Shown: positions 27,926-38,061, counted from the first letter of the stretch. The stretch: 64,000 bases of DNA from an uncultured Gemmatimonadales bacterium (GCA_963707505.1 CAVPQB010000004.1:512001-576000), one strand, 5' to 3'. A program made the numbers and translations. The notes: a model not told the origin generated them from the letters alone.

Positions 27926-30364
27926 ATGGCAACTCGAAAGACGGCGGCGAAAAGCGCCGGAACAAAAAAGAAGACCGTGGCAAAGACGGCGGTCCGAAAG
28001 ACCGCGCGCAAGTCGGCCGCCAAGGGTGTCCGCAAGACTGCGGCTGCCGAAGCGGTCGTGTATGATGACGACGTTTCGATGAATGGCGGGGGCAATGGAC
28101 AGGCGCTCGTGATCGTCGAGTCGCCGGCAAAGGCCAAGACTATTGGGAAGTATCTCGGGCGCGGTTACAAGGTGCGCGCGACGATCGGTCACATCCGTGA
28201 TCTTCCTGTGAAGAAGATGGGTATCGACGTCGAAAACAACTTCGAGCCCGAGTACGTCACGATTCCCGGAAAGGAGAAGACGCTCGCGGAGCTCAAGGCC
28301 GCCGCAAAGGAGTCGAGCCAGATCTATCTCGCGACTGACCCTGATCGCGAAGGCGAAGCGATCGCGTGGCATGTTGCGTCGCAGATCCAGCGCAAGGGTG
28401 GTCCGCCGGTCAGGCGCGTGTTGTTCCACGAGATAACGCGTGATGCGGTACGCGCGGCGATCGACAACGCTGGACACATCAACGAGCGTCTCGTGGAGGC
28501 GCAGCTCGCGCGCCGCATGCTCGACCGCCTGGTCGGTTACAAGGCGAGCCCGATGTTGTGGAAGACTGTGAAGAAGGGCGCATCTGCGGGCCGCGTGCAG
28601 ACTGTCGCATTGCGACTCATCGTCGAGCGCGAGCGCGAGATTCGTGCATTCAAGCCTGTCGAGTACTGGACGATCGCGGCGTTGCTGGAGAAGGACCGTC
28701 AGGAGTTCACGGCAAAGTTGCACCACGTCGAAGGAAAGAAGCCGGAGATATCCAACGCGGCGGAAGCTCAGCGCATTCTTGACGACATCGGTGGACTCAA
28801 GACGTTCCCCGTAACGGAGGTCAAGCGACGCGAGCGTCGCAAGAACCCGTACGCACCGTTCACGACCAGCACACTGCAACAGGAAGCGGCAAAGCGGCTT
28901 GGCTTCGGCTCCAAGCGGACGATGCGACTGGCGCAGGATCTGTACGAAGGCATCGAGATTGGCGCCGAAGGGGCGGTTGGTCTCATCACATACATGCGTA
29001 CCGATTCGACGCGTGTCGCGGAGTCGGCTGCGACTGCAGCGCGCGATTATCTGAGGACACTGTTCGGGGAGGAGTTCCTCGCGCGCGGTGGTCCGCAGCT
29101 CTATGGCGATAGCAAGAGCAAGAACACCCAGGATGCGCACGAAGCCGTGCGTCCCACTGATCCGACACGTCGTCCGGATGCCATCAAGCGTTATCTGAAG
29201 GATGACCAGTTCAAGCTTTACGAGCTGGTATGGAAGCGGTTCATGGCGTCGCAGATGGCGCCGGCCGTGTTCGATACGACGACCGTGAATTTCGATCTCG
29301 GGCGGTATGTGTTCCGCGCGACCGGGAGCGTCATGAAGTTCGCGGGCTACCAGGCGCTTTACCAGGAAGCACGCGAAGCCGGCGACGGCAAGGCGCTCGA
29401 AGACGAGCAGGCGCTGCCGGCGATGTCGGAAGGCGAGAACATTCCGGTCAAGCGCATCGAGCCCACGCAGCACTTCACGGAGCCGCCTCCGCGATTTTCG
29501 GAAGCAAGTCTGGTGAAGGAGCTGGAGCGACTCGGCATTGGTCGTCCCTCGACTTACGCATCGATCATCTCGACGCTTGCGGAGCGGCGTTACGTTCTCC
29601 TGGAGCAGCGTCGCTTCTTTCCGACGGGTCTCGGAGAGCAGGTAGAGCGCGTGATGGTGAAGAGTCTGCCTGACATATTCAACGTCCAGTTCACGTCGAA
29701 CATGGAAAGCGACCTCGACAAGGTAGAGGACGGCAGCGTCGATTGGCACGAGATGCTCAGCGCGTTCTACGGACCGTTCGCAGATCAGGTCAAGCATGCG
29801 GACGTGGAGGGACTGATCGCGACTGCTCACGACCTGTCGGAGTTCGAAGGGCAAAAGTGTCCTGATTGTGGCGGCAAGCTCGTCCCACGCGGTGGATTCT
29901 TTGGCCCGTTCATGGCGTGCGAAAACCACCCCAAGACGTGCAAGTTCACTCGCCCGCTTCGCGGTGAGAAGAAAGTTGCGCGCGCGACGGATGAGGTCTG
30001 TCACGAATGCGGTGCCCCGATGGTGGTTCGAACCGGTCGCAGCGGCGAGTTTCTGGGTTGCAGCAAGTTCCCGAAATGTCGCGGCACTCGCTCCATGCCC
30101 ACGGGCGTCAAGTGCCCAAAGTGTGGTGGTGATGTCGCCGTGCGACGGTCCAAGAAACGTGGCAAGGCGTTCTACGGCTGCGCAACATACCCCGCCTGCG
30201 ACTTTGTCGTATGGGACAAGCCGGTCGCGGAGACCTGTCCGGAATGTGGTTTCGTGGGGGCCGAAGCGAAGTCGAGCAAGGCTCGCGGTGAATACCGCCG
30301 CTGCATGAAGTGTCAGAATGAATGGGAGGCCGCTGCTCCGCTGGTGGAGGCCGTCGTTGCATGA
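27926..30364 (+). CDS. topA: DNA topoisomerase I with basic N-terminal extension and C-terminal Zn ribbons
   Basis: LVIVESPAKAKTI, ATDPDREGE, SAGRVQ, LITYMRTDS, GIGRPSTY and multiple CxxC. Confidence 0.97.
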   Translation: MATRKTAAKSAGTKKKTVAKTAVRKTARKSAAKGVRKTAAAEAVVYDDDVSMNGGGNGQALVIVESPAKAKTIGKYLGRGYKVRATIGHIRDLPVKKMGIDVENNFEPEYVTIPGKEKTLAELKAAAKESSQIYLATDPDREGEAIAWHVASQIQRKGGPPVRRVLFHEITRDAVRAAIDNAGHINERLVEAQLARRMLDRLVGYKASPMLWKTVKKGASAGRVQTVALRLIVEREREIRAFKPVEYWTIAALLEKDRQEFTAKLHHVEGKKPEISNAAEAQRILDDIGGLKTFPVTEVKRRERRKNPYAPFTTSTLQQEAAKRLGFGSKRTMRLAQDLYEGIEIGAEGAVGLITYMRTDSTRVAESAATAARDYLRTLFGEEFLARGGPQLYGDSKSKNTQDAHEAVRPTDPTRRPDAIKRYLKDDQFKLYELVWKRFMASQMAPAVFDTTTVNFDLGRYVFRATGSVMKFAGYQALYQEAREAGDGKALEDEQALPAMSEGENIPVKRIEPTQHFTEPPPRFSEASLVKELERLGIGRPSTYASIISTLAERRYVLLEQRRFFPTGLGEQVERVMVKSLPDIFNVQFTSNMESDLDKVEDGSVDWHEMLSAFYGPFADQVKHADVEGLIATAHDLSEFEGQKCPDCGGKLVPRGGFFGPFMACENHPKTCKFTRPLRGEKKVARATDEVCHECGAPMVVRTGRSGEFLGCSKFPKCRGTRSMPTGVKCPKCGGDVAVRRSKKRGKAFYGCATYPACDFVVWDKPVAETCPECGFVGAEAKSSKARGEYRRCMKCQNEWEAAAPLVEAVVA

Positions 30365-31712
30365 CGACGTCGTCACCGTCGTCGGTGGCGGCCTCGCCGG
30401 GTCGGAGGCTGCGTGGCAGCTTGCTCAACGCGGACATCGCGTAGAGCTGCATGAGATGCGGCCGGTGCGCCAGACACCGGCGCATCGCACAGACCGATTG
30501 GCGGAGCTGGTCTGCTCCAACACGTTCAAAAGCACGGAGCTGTCCACAGCGCATGGCGCCCTCAAGGCGGAGATGCGCGAGCTGGGCTGCCTCGTGCTCG
30601 AGTGCGCCGACCTCGCGCGTGTTGCGGCCGGCACGGCGCTCGCGGTCGATCGCGATGTATTCGCGGCCGCGGTGACAGAGCGCATTCAGGCGCATCCCCA
30701 TATCACGGTGCTGCGCGACGAGATCGGCGAACTACCCGCTTCTCCCGCTGTGATTGCTACCGGACCGCTGACCGGTGATGTGTTGGCCGAATCGCTGCGG
30801 CGGAGGCTCGGCAGTGACGCGCTTGCGTTCTACGACGCGATTGCGCCGGTTGTGTCGCGCGAGTCGATCGATGAGTCGGTGGTCTTCACCGCATCGCGAT
30901 ACGGCAAGGAGACGATGGACGGCGCCGACAATGAAGGTGCCTATCTCAACTGCCCGATGAGCGAGGACGAGTACAACGTGTTCGCCGACGCGCTGGCCGC
31001 GGCCGATCAGTTCCACGGTCACGAGTTCGACGAAGTTCCGTATTTCTCCGGTTGCATGCCGGTGGAAGAGATGAACTCGCGCGGACGGGAGACGTTGCGC
31101 TTTGGCCCGCTCAAGCCGGTCGGACTTGCGGATCCGCGAACGGGAGTGCGACCGCATGCAGTTGTTCAGCTGCGACGCGAGGATCGCGCTGGACGTCTGT
31201 GGAACCTGGTTGGATTTCAGACGCGTCTGCGCATACCCGAACAGCAGCGTGTGTTTCGCCTGATACCGGGACTCGCGAATGCGGAGTTCCTGCGTTATGG
31301 ATCGATCCACCGCAATTCGTACGTCAATTCGCCGAGCGTGCTGACACCTGCGCTGACGTTACGTGATGACCCGCGGATTTTTCTGGCGGGCCAGATCACC
31401 GGTGTGGAAGGATACACGGAGAGTACAGCTTCCGGATTGCTCGCCGGAATGAATCTCTCACGCGTCATGAACGGCCTTGACCCGATCGTGCCACCCACCA
31501 CCACCATGCTCGGCGCGCTTTACCGATATCTCCGCGAGGCGGATCCACGGCATTTCCAGCCGATGAATGCGAACTTCGGTCTGGTAGACGATCTGGATGA
31601 GCGCATTCGTGACAAGCGCTTGAAGAAGGAGCGCATGGCGGAACGCGCGGTACGCGAAATGCGCGCCTGGCGGGACGAGATGTCGATCGAGCCGGTGGCG
31701 GCGTTGGCGTGA
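30357..31712 (+). CDS. trmFO: Methylenetetrahydrofolate--tRNA-(uracil-5)-methyltransferase
   Basis: GGGLAGSEAAWQ, ELVCSN, FGPLKPVGL and FQPMNANFG; TTG start with GGAGG RBS. Confidence 0.95.
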   Translation: MHDDVVTVVGGGLAGSEAAWQLAQRGHRVELHEMRPVRQTPAHRTDRLAELVCSNTFKSTELSTAHGALKAEMRELGCLVLECADLARVAAGTALAVDRDVFAAAVTERIQAHPHITVLRDEIGELPASPAVIATGPLTGDVLAESLRRRLGSDALAFYDAIAPVVSRESIDESVVFTASRYGKETMDGADNEGAYLNCPMSEDEYNVFADALAAADQFHGHEFDEVPYFSGCMPVEEMNSRGRETLRFGPLKPVGLADPRTGVRPHAVVQLRREDRAGRLWNLVGFQTRLRIPEQQRVFRLIPGLANAEFLRYGSIHRNSYVNSPSVLTPALTLRDDPRIFLAGQITGVEGYTESTASGLLAGMNLSRVMNGLDPIVPPTTTMLGALYRYLREADPRHFQPMNANFGLVDDLDERIRDKRLKKERMAERAVREMRAWRDEMSIEPVAALA

Positions 31713-32635
31713 GCGAAGAGATAGATCGGGTCGCGGAGTTTCTCGAGCACATGGAGAAGGAGCGGAACGTATCGCCCAACACCATCAAGGCTTACATGCG
31801 CGACCTTGCCGAGTTCACGGCATACCTGGGCAATTATTACGGTATCGAGAGTTGGTCGTGGCAGGGATTGGATCGACTCGCGATCCGCGGGTTTCTGGCG
31901 CATCTGGTACGGCGCGGAATCAGCAAGCGCTCTGCGGGGCGGTCGCTATCTGCGGTCCGGTCGTTTTACAAATACCTGCACAGAAACGAAATCGTCGAGG
32001 CGAATCCAGCACGTGCTGTTGCAGCGCCCAAGCGGGACAAATACCTGCCTGAATATCTCGACATTACTCAGATGGGTGCTCTGTTCAGCGCCGCGGAAAC
32101 GCGCTCCCAGAGTGGAAAATTCACCGACGTGCGTAATCTCGCGATGCTGGAGTTGTTCTACTCTGCGGGGTTGCGGTTGTCCGAGCTTCGCGGCATCAAT
32201 CGCGACTCACTGGATCTGCTGGCCAATCAGGTGAAGGTGCGCGGCAAGGGTCGAAAGGAGCGCATCGTTCCACTCGGTGACCGCGCGACGCTTGCGCTCC
32301 GCAATTACGAATCGAAGCGGGATGAGCTGCTACGCGTGATCGGGCCAAAGGGCGATAGAACTGCATTTTTCCTGTCGACACAGGGACGCCGGATCAGTAC
32401 GCGGGCGCTGCAGAACGCCATCACGACGCTGTTGGACCTGGTGAGTGAGAGTGCGGGTCTATCCACGCACTCGCTGCGCCACACGTTCGCGACGCACATG
32501 CTCGATGCTGGAGCCGACCTCCGTGCAGTTCAGGAATTGCTGGGCCATGCGTCGGTGCAGACGACGCAGATCTACACACACACCAGTGTCGAGCGGCTCA
32601 AGCAGGCGTACAAGTCGGCCCACCCGCGCGCCTAG
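31709..32635 (+). CDS. xerC: Tyrosine recombinase XerC
   Basis: GLRLSEL, GKG-x-KER, HSLRHTFATH and LLGH..TQIY; conserved topA-trmFO-xerC-hslVU context. Confidence 0.92.
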   Translation: MSEEIDRVAEFLEHMEKERNVSPNTIKAYMRDLAEFTAYLGNYYGIESWSWQGLDRLAIRGFLAHLVRRGISKRSAGRSLSAVRSFYKYLHRNEIVEANPARAVAAPKRDKYLPEYLDITQMGALFSAAETRSQSGKFTDVRNLAMLELFYSAGLRLSELRGINRDSLDLLANQVKVRGKGRKERIVPLGDRATLALRNYESKRDELLRVIGPKGDRTAFFLSTQGRRISTRALQNAITTLLDLVSESAGLSTHSLRHTFATHMLDAGADLRAVQELLGHASVQTTQIYTHTSVERLKQAYKSAHPRA

Positions 32636-32651
32636 CGCGCAAGCGTAGCTG

Positions 32652-33326
32652 ATGGCGTTGTACCTGTTTGTCCAGGGGAAGTCATGGACGGTCGAGCGTC
32701 GCCACGAGCGTGTTGATGGCGATACTCGTCCGCGCCACGCGGAAGTGTCCCGACTATTTCTGTTCTTCACAGCGGCCGACGGCGAGATACGGCGAAGCGA
32801 GATCGCGGCAGATTTCCCGGAAACTCCGGGCGCTCGATTACTCGAATCGGTGTGGCGCTTCGCGGAAGTGATACGCGTTGCAGATCTGGGCGAGATGACC
32901 AGCAGGGGAGAGATAGTCATGCCCCGGATGCGAGACGTCGTGCGCCAATTCGGGCGTGCACTGACGCTGCGCTGTCCGAACTGCGGTGGGGCCAGGGTAC
33001 TGCGTTCGTGGTTCAAACTGCAGCATCGCTGCGCGAAGTGCGGAATCCGGCTCGATCGTGGCGAAGTCGATGATTATTTCCTCGGCGGAATGTTCTTCAA
33101 CATCGTGCTGGCCGAAATCATTTTCGCACTGGTGCTTCTGGTAGTGGTGATCGTGATGTGGCCGAACGTGCCCTGGGCCGGCGTCGAGTACTCGTTGATC
33201 GTCGCGATGATTGCAGCACCGATCGTTCTCTATCCTGTATCGCGGCTAATGTGGCTGGCGCTCGATCTGTTACTACGGCCGCCGGATGCGGCGGAGATGG
33301 CGTGGCACGCGCGTGAGAAGGAGTAG
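32652..33326 (+). CDS. Hypothetical N-terminal domain joined to a DUF983-like Zn-ribbon/2-TM domain (latter from about 32919)
   Basis: RCPNCGG..CAKCG, two TMs and W-x-ALD in the C-terminal half; internal RBS GGGGAG before ATG 32919. Confidence 0.7.
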   Translation: MALYLFVQGKSWTVERRHERVDGDTRPRHAEVSRLFLFFTAADGEIRRSEIAADFPETPGARLLESVWRFAEVIRVADLGEMTSRGEIVMPRMRDVVRQFGRALTLRCPNCGGARVLRSWFKLQHRCAKCGIRLDRGEVDDYFLGGMFFNIVLAEIIFALVLLVVVIVMWPNVPWAGVEYSLIVAMIAAPIVLYPVSRLMWLALDLLLRPPDAAEMAWHAREKE

Positions 33327-33330
33327 AAAC

Positions 33331-33356
33331 GTCATTCCCGCTTTCGCGGGAATGAC
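33331..33356. repeat. dRS3-like palindrome (family C)
   Basis: GTCATTCCCGC-TTTC-GCGGGAATGAC, i.e. ATTCCC-N8-GGGAAT; second copy at 50545. Confidence 0.75.
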
Positions 33357-33374
33357 GACCTCCGGTCCGCACCT

Positions 33375-34094
33375 TTACGCCGCGCTTTCCTTGTAGACTG
33401 GCTGGCCCACGAGCCGGTCATATACGTCGGCCACGAGCCGATAACACTCGCACGAGACGTTCTCCAGCCCGGCTCTGTCGACGATGGTTATTTCTCCGCG
33501 GCGGTATCGAATGAGTCCCGCTTTCTGGAGATTGCCGGCCGCGACAGTGACGCCAGCGCGGCGAACGCCGAGCATTACTGCGAGCGCTTCGTGCGTGAGG
33601 TGGAACTGATCGCCTGGAACCCTGTCATGCGTCATGAGAAGCCATCGTGCACAACGCTGCCGGAGCGAATGCCGTTGGTTGCACACTACTGACTGTCCGA
33701 TCTGGGTGAACATCGCGTGGGCGTAGCGCAGCATCACCGTGCGGAGCTCATTGTCGGACCGGAGCAGCTCGGCAAAGCGGTCGGCAGTCATTACAGCACA
33801 TCGTCCGCCGATCTGGACGAAGAAGCGCATGTTTGCCATGTCGGTTCCAAAAAGCGTCGGCAAACCGATCATCCCTTCCTGTCCGACCGTCGCAACCTCG
33901 CCCTGGGCCGCGCCGACGGGCGCCGTCATTGATATCACCGAATCGAGCGGAAAATAGATCCGGTTCACCAGGTCTCCGGGCCCGTACAGTTCTGCGCGAG
34001 TGGGAGTGTTGATGATTACGAGATCTTCAGCCAGCTGCTTTATCGACGCGGACGGCAGCGCGCGGAGGAGCAGATTTTCATCGTAAGTATCCAT
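33375..34094 (-). CDS. Crp/Fnr family transcriptional regulator
   Basis: VG-x-EG cNMP-fold segment, CN-x-x-H, RCARWLL and LTHE-x-LA-x-MLGVRR HTH. Confidence 0.92.
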   Translation of the reverse strand: MDTYDENLLLRALPSASIKQLAEDLVIINTPTRAELYGPGDLVNRIYFPLDSVISMTAPVGAAQGEVATVGQEGMIGLPTLFGTDMANMRFFVQIGGRCAVMTADRFAELLRSDNELRTVMLRYAHAMFTQIGQSVVCNQRHSLRQRCARWLLMTHDRVPGDQFHLTHEALAVMLGVRRAGVTVAAGNLQKAGLIRYRRGEITIVDRAGLENVSCECYRLVADVYDRLVGQPVYKESAA

Positions 34095-34106
34095 GGTACG
34101 GTTTAG

Positions 34107-34123
34107 TGCAAACAGCTTGCCGG
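34107..34123 (-). promoter_or_regulatory. Sigma54-like promoter of the Crp/Fnr gene
   Basis: Minus strand CCGGCAAGCTGTTTGCA (GG-N10-GC); 13 nt between the GC and the ATG. Confidence 0.55.
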
Positions 34124-34172
34124 TACATTATGGTACTGAACGTCACTGTTTAGTATCTATACAGACACTTGG

Positions 34173-34598
34173 TTACCGAATGCGTAATTTGCCCGATTTT
34201 GGCGGTATAGTGTCATCGTTGCGCCTGGCAGCACCACGAAAAGCGAACACTTCGCGAAAATATTTCCGATTCTTTAGTGCACCTATAGCGATACATATGG
34301 CGCCGGCGAGTACCGTCACGGTTTCAAAGCGCCAGTCGCTTCCGATCAGCGCCGCACCTAGTAGCACGATTCCTACACCCGCGACGAGCTCGCCCTTGAG
34401 GTCGATTGTGGCCCGGGCGCGGCGGCGCCGATCCCGCATCGGGCCGATCGTTTGCGGGCCCCAGGAATCCCAGATGATACCGAGTCCCATCAGGATTACG
34501 ACCGCGCCCAGCAGTACGGGTACTTCATAGACGCTCACGATAGCTCCGTTCTCTCGTTCTGGTCCGACTGGCTGCGGCCAATCCGGCCGCTCCGTCAT
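34173..34598 (-). CDS. Hypothetical membrane protein (about 3 TM)
   Basis: Hydrophobic segments flanking DRRRRAR; start uncertain. Confidence 0.65.
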   Translation of the reverse strand: MTERPDWPQPVGPERENGAIVSVYEVPVLLGAVVILMGLGIIWDSWGPQTIGPMRDRRRRARATIDLKGELVAGVGIVLLGAALIGSDWRFETVTVLAGAICIAIGALKNRKYFREVFAFRGAARRNDDTIPPKSGKLRIR

Positions 34599-34639
34599 GC
34601 CAGAGTGCAAAAAGGGGGCGCACGGCTATTTCTTTAGGT

Positions 34640-35191
34640 ATGCACAGCACACTTCCGACCATTCGCGCCACGACGATTCTGGCCGTGCGCCGCAATGGTC
34701 AGGTCGCACTCGGCGGCGACGGCCAGGTCACCGTGGGCGACACGGTAATGAAATCGAACGCTCAGAAGGTTCGCACTCTCCAGAACGGCCGCTTGCTCGC
34801 CGGCTTCGCTGGCGCGGCGGCTGATGCGTTCACTCTATTCGAGAAGTTCGAGGAAAAGCTGAAACGCTTTCCGGACAACCTTCCGCGGGCGGCGGTCGAC
34901 CTTGCCAAGGATTGGCGGAGCGACCGGGTTCTCAGGAGACTCGAAGCGTTGCTGGTCGTTGCGTCACGCGAGCATGGCTTCATCATCTCGGGTACCGGCG
35001 ACATCATCGAGCCGGACGACGGAATTCTCGCGATCGGATCTGGCGGGACGTATGCACTCGCGGCGGCACGCGCGCTGGTCGAGAGCACGGAGCTCGATGC
35101 GCGCGACATCGTGCGGCGCTCGTTGACGATCGCTGGTGAGATCTGCGTTTATACGAACACGAACATCACCATCATCGAGCCGGGAGCATAG
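34640..35191 (+). CDS. hslV: ATP-dependent protease subunit HslV
   Basis: ATTILAV, GDGQVT, GFAG-x-x-AD, IGSGG and ICVYTN. Confidence 0.96.
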   Translation: MHSTLPTIRATTILAVRRNGQVALGGDGQVTVGDTVMKSNAQKVRTLQNGRLLAGFAGAAADAFTLFEKFEEKLKRFPDNLPRAAVDLAKDWRSDRVLRRLEALLVVASREHGFIISGTGDIIEPDDGILAIGSGGTYALAAARALVESTELDARDIVRRSLTIAGEICVYTNTNITIIEPGA

Positions 35192-35193
35192 CC

Positions 35194-36642
35194 ATGGCCT
35201 CACCACGCACGCAACAGGCGCTGGCGAAACTGGCCGATCTCACGCCCCGGCAGATAGTTCACGAGCTGGATCGTTACATAGTGGGGCAGGGAGACGCGAA
35301 GCGCGCGGTAGCGATCGCGCTGCGGAACCGCTGGCGCAGACAGCGTGCACCGGACGCCATTCGCGACGAGATCTCGCCCAACAACATCATACTTGTCGGC
35401 CCTACGGGCGTCGGAAAGACGGAGATCGCGCGTCGCCTCGCAAAGCTCGCCGGCGCTCCGTTCGTGAAGGTCGAGGCGTCCAAGTTCACCGAAGTCGGAT
35501 ACGTCGGTCGTGATGTCGAATCGATGGTTCGGGATCTTGTCGAGGCGGCGATCAGCATGGTCCGCGACGATCGGGAAAGCGAAGTGGAAGAGCTCGCGAA
35601 CGAGCGTGTCGATGATCGACTGTTGGATCTCCTGCTTCCGATGCCGGAAGAAGCTAAGCCGAGGAACGATGCTCAGACTGCGACAAACGACGAGCAGGTG
35701 TTCTTCGTCTCCGAGAGCGGCGGTGTAACCAAGGAAGTGGAAGTGGCGCGCGATCGTCATCAACGGACGCGCGACAAGCTAAAGGCTCTCCTGCTGGCGG
35801 GCGAGCTGGATAACCGTGAAGTCGAAATCGAGGTGCACCAGAACGCGCCGGTGATGTTCGACATGATGGTGCCCCAGGGAGCGCCCGAAGGGATGGAGAA
35901 TTTTTCGGACATGCTGCGCGATATGATGCCCAAGCGCACGCGGAAGCGTACGGTGAAGGTTCCGGAAGCGCGCAGGATCTTGATGGATGAGGAGCTGGAG
36001 AAGCTCATCGATCAGGACGAGCTCGTGACCGACGCGCTCGAACGCGTCGAGCAGATGGGGATCATCTTCCTCGACGAGATCGACAAGATCGCGGGCCAGC
36101 GGGGCGACAGCGGCGGCCCGGATGTCTCGCGCGAGGGTGTACAGCGTGACTTGTTGCCGATTGTGGAGGGCTCGACTGTATCGACAAAGTACGGCAACGT
36201 GAAGACGGACCACGTCCTGTTCGTCGCGGCGGGTGCGTTTCACGTATCCAAGCCAAGCGATCTGATTCCCGAGTTGCAGGGTCGTTTTCCGATTCGCGTC
36301 GAGCTCAAGCCGCTCACCGAAGCTGATTTCGTGCGCATAATGACGGAGCCGGAAAACGCTCTCACCAAGCAATACGCGGCGCTCGTCGAGTCCGAAGGTG
36401 CGTCATTGACGTTCACGACGGACGGCGTTGCGGAGATTGCGCGGACGGCCGCACACGCAAACGATCGAATGGAGAACATCGGTGCACGACGCCTTCATAC
36501 GGTCATGACTACGCTGCTCGAGGATGTGCTGTACGAGCTTCCGGACGGCGGTAAGGAGCCAGTGAATGTCGATGCGGCGATGGTGAAGTCGCGGCTCGCG
36601 AAGGTGGTTGAGGACGAGGACCTGCGACGCTACATCCTTTGA
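35194..36642 (+). CDS. hslU: ATP-dependent protease ATPase subunit HslU
   Basis: GPTGVGKTEIARR, GYVG, DEIDKI, ELQGRFPIR and DLRRYIL. Confidence 0.97.
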   Translation: MASPRTQQALAKLADLTPRQIVHELDRYIVGQGDAKRAVAIALRNRWRRQRAPDAIRDEISPNNIILVGPTGVGKTEIARRLAKLAGAPFVKVEASKFTEVGYVGRDVESMVRDLVEAAISMVRDDRESEVEELANERVDDRLLDLLLPMPEEAKPRNDAQTATNDEQVFFVSESGGVTKEVEVARDRHQRTRDKLKALLLAGELDNREVEIEVHQNAPVMFDMMVPQGAPEGMENFSDMLRDMMPKRTRKRTVKVPEARRILMDEELEKLIDQDELVTDALERVEQMGIIFLDEIDKIAGQRGDSGGPDVSREGVQRDLLPIVEGSTVSTKYGNVKTDHVLFVAAGAFHVSKPSDLIPELQGRFPIRVELKPLTEADFVRIMTEPENALTKQYAALVESEGASLTFTTDGVAEIARTAAHANDRMENIGARRLHTVMTTLLEDVLYELPDGGKEPVNVDAAMVKSRLAKVVEDEDLRRYIL

Positions 36643-36651
36643 GGCAATGAC

Positions 36652-37089
36652 ATGCTGATGGATTCGGCGGCGATCCTCAACGTTCTGGCCCACAGATACC
36701 CGTTCTTGCTCGTCGACTCCATCAACGTGATCGAGCCGGGGCGGCGCGTCGAGGGGATCAAGCGCGTCACGGGCGGCGAGTGGTTCGGGGCAGCGTGGCG
36801 CCCGCAGGATTCGGCTATGCCGAACACGTTAGCGATCGAAGCACTGGCGCAGACATCGGCGGCGCTGTTACTCGGTCTGGTGGACGTCCGTGCAGGGGTG
36901 GTCGGCTATTTTGCGGCGATCGAGCGGGTGCGGCTCCGTGACCCCGCAGTGGCCGGTGACACCCTCGTGCTGAGCGTCGAATTGGAGAGCTTCCGGCGCG
37001 GTATCGCTCATCTGAAGGGTCGTGCCACGGTGAACGGCCGCCGCGTTGCCTCTGCGAGCTTCACAACCATCGTTCGCGCCGCCGCCTGA
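36652..37089 (+). CDS. FabZ-like hotdog-fold protein lacking the canonical catalytic His
   Basis: HRYPFLLVD and IEALAQ are present, but GHFP is replaced by AAWRP. Confidence 0.8.
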   Translation: MLMDSAAILNVLAHRYPFLLVDSINVIEPGRRVEGIKRVTGGEWFGAAWRPQDSAMPNTLAIEALAQTSAALLLGLVDVRAGVVGYFAAIERVRLRDPAVAGDTLVLSVELESFRRGIAHLKGRATVNGRRVASASFTTIVRAAA

Positions 37090-37143
37090 GTCCGCTAGAA
37101 TTGATGAGGCAGAACCAGTAGACATTTCCCGCAATTTGGACCG

Positions 37144-38061
37144 ATGACCACAGCACACCGCGACTTTCTCGCCATCCCCGATTTTTCGTCCGCCGAGCTT
37201 GAATCGTTATTCGTGCTGGCGGATTCGATGCGCACCGGCACTTACACCAAAAAGCCACTCGCGGGCCAGACGCTCGCGATGATCTTCATGAAGGCGTCCA
37301 CACGAACGCGAGTATCGTTCGAAGTCGGGACATATCAACTCGGCGGCCACGCGTTGTTTCTGTCGCCGCGGGACGTTCAGCTTGGCCGCGGCGAGCCGAT
37401 CTCGGACACCGCAAAGGTTCTCTCGCGTTATGTGAACGGCATCATGATCCGCACCTTCGCGCACGCGGACGTCGAGGCACTTGCGAAGGATGCGACGATT
37501 CCTGTGATCAACGGTCTCACCGATCTGTTGCACCCGTGTCAGGTACTCGCCGACGTCCTCACGGTGCGTCAGCAACTCGGTGGTATCACGGGGCGCAAGG
37601 TTGCATGGATCGGCGACGGCAACAACATGGCGAACTCCTGGATCAATGCGGCATACGTACTCGGCTTCGAGCTGTCACTCGCCTGCCCTGAAGGATACGA
37701 TCCCGACGCAGCTCTCATCGCACGTGCACGGACGCGCGCGAACGTGAGTGTCGTGCGCGATCCCGCGGAGGCTGCGAACGGCGCTGACGTCGTCACGACT
37801 GACGTGTGGGCATCCATGGGACAGGAAGAAGAGCAGGTGATACGTGAAAAAGCCTTCCGCGGATTCTGCGTGGACTCGACGCTCATGGCCCGCGCCGCGA
37901 AGAACGCAATCTTTCTGCACTGTCTGCCGGCACACCGAGGCGAGGAAGTTACCGCGGACGTAATCGACGGACCACAGAGCCGCGTATGGGACGAGGCCGA
38001 AAACAGACTGCACATTCAGAAGGCGATCATGGCAGTACTCATGGGAGGAGAGAAGCTTTGA
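37144..38061 (+). CDS. argF: Ornithine carbamoyltransferase
   Basis: STRTR, HPCQ, DVWASMG and HCLP. Confidence 0.97.
   Translation: MTTAHRDFLAIPDFSSAELESLFVLADSMRTGTYTKKPLAGQTLAMIFMKASTRTRVSFEVGTYQLGGHALFLSPRDVQLGRGEPISDTAKVLSRYVNGIMIRTFAHADVEALAKDATIPVINGLTDLLHPCQVLADVLTVRQQLGGITGRKVAWIGDGNNMANSWINAAYVLGFELSLACPEGYDPDAALIARARTRANVSVVRDPAEAANGADVVTTDVWASMGQEEEQVIREKAFRGFCVDSTLMARAAKNAIFLHCLPAHRGEEVTADVIDGPQSRVWDEAENRLHIQKAIMAVLMGGEKL

Noticed and set aside
27872..30376. 834-aa antisense ORF over topA (likewise 11568-12629, 21714-23159, 49308-50495, 52735-53733)
   Set aside because: Shadow frames of well-conserved genes in GC-rich DNA; no motifs and atypical composition
31709..32635. Tyrosine recombinase as a prophage or island integrase
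   Set aside because: Size, motifs and trmFO/hslVU context fit chromosomal XerC; no phage genes, tRNA or att repeats seen
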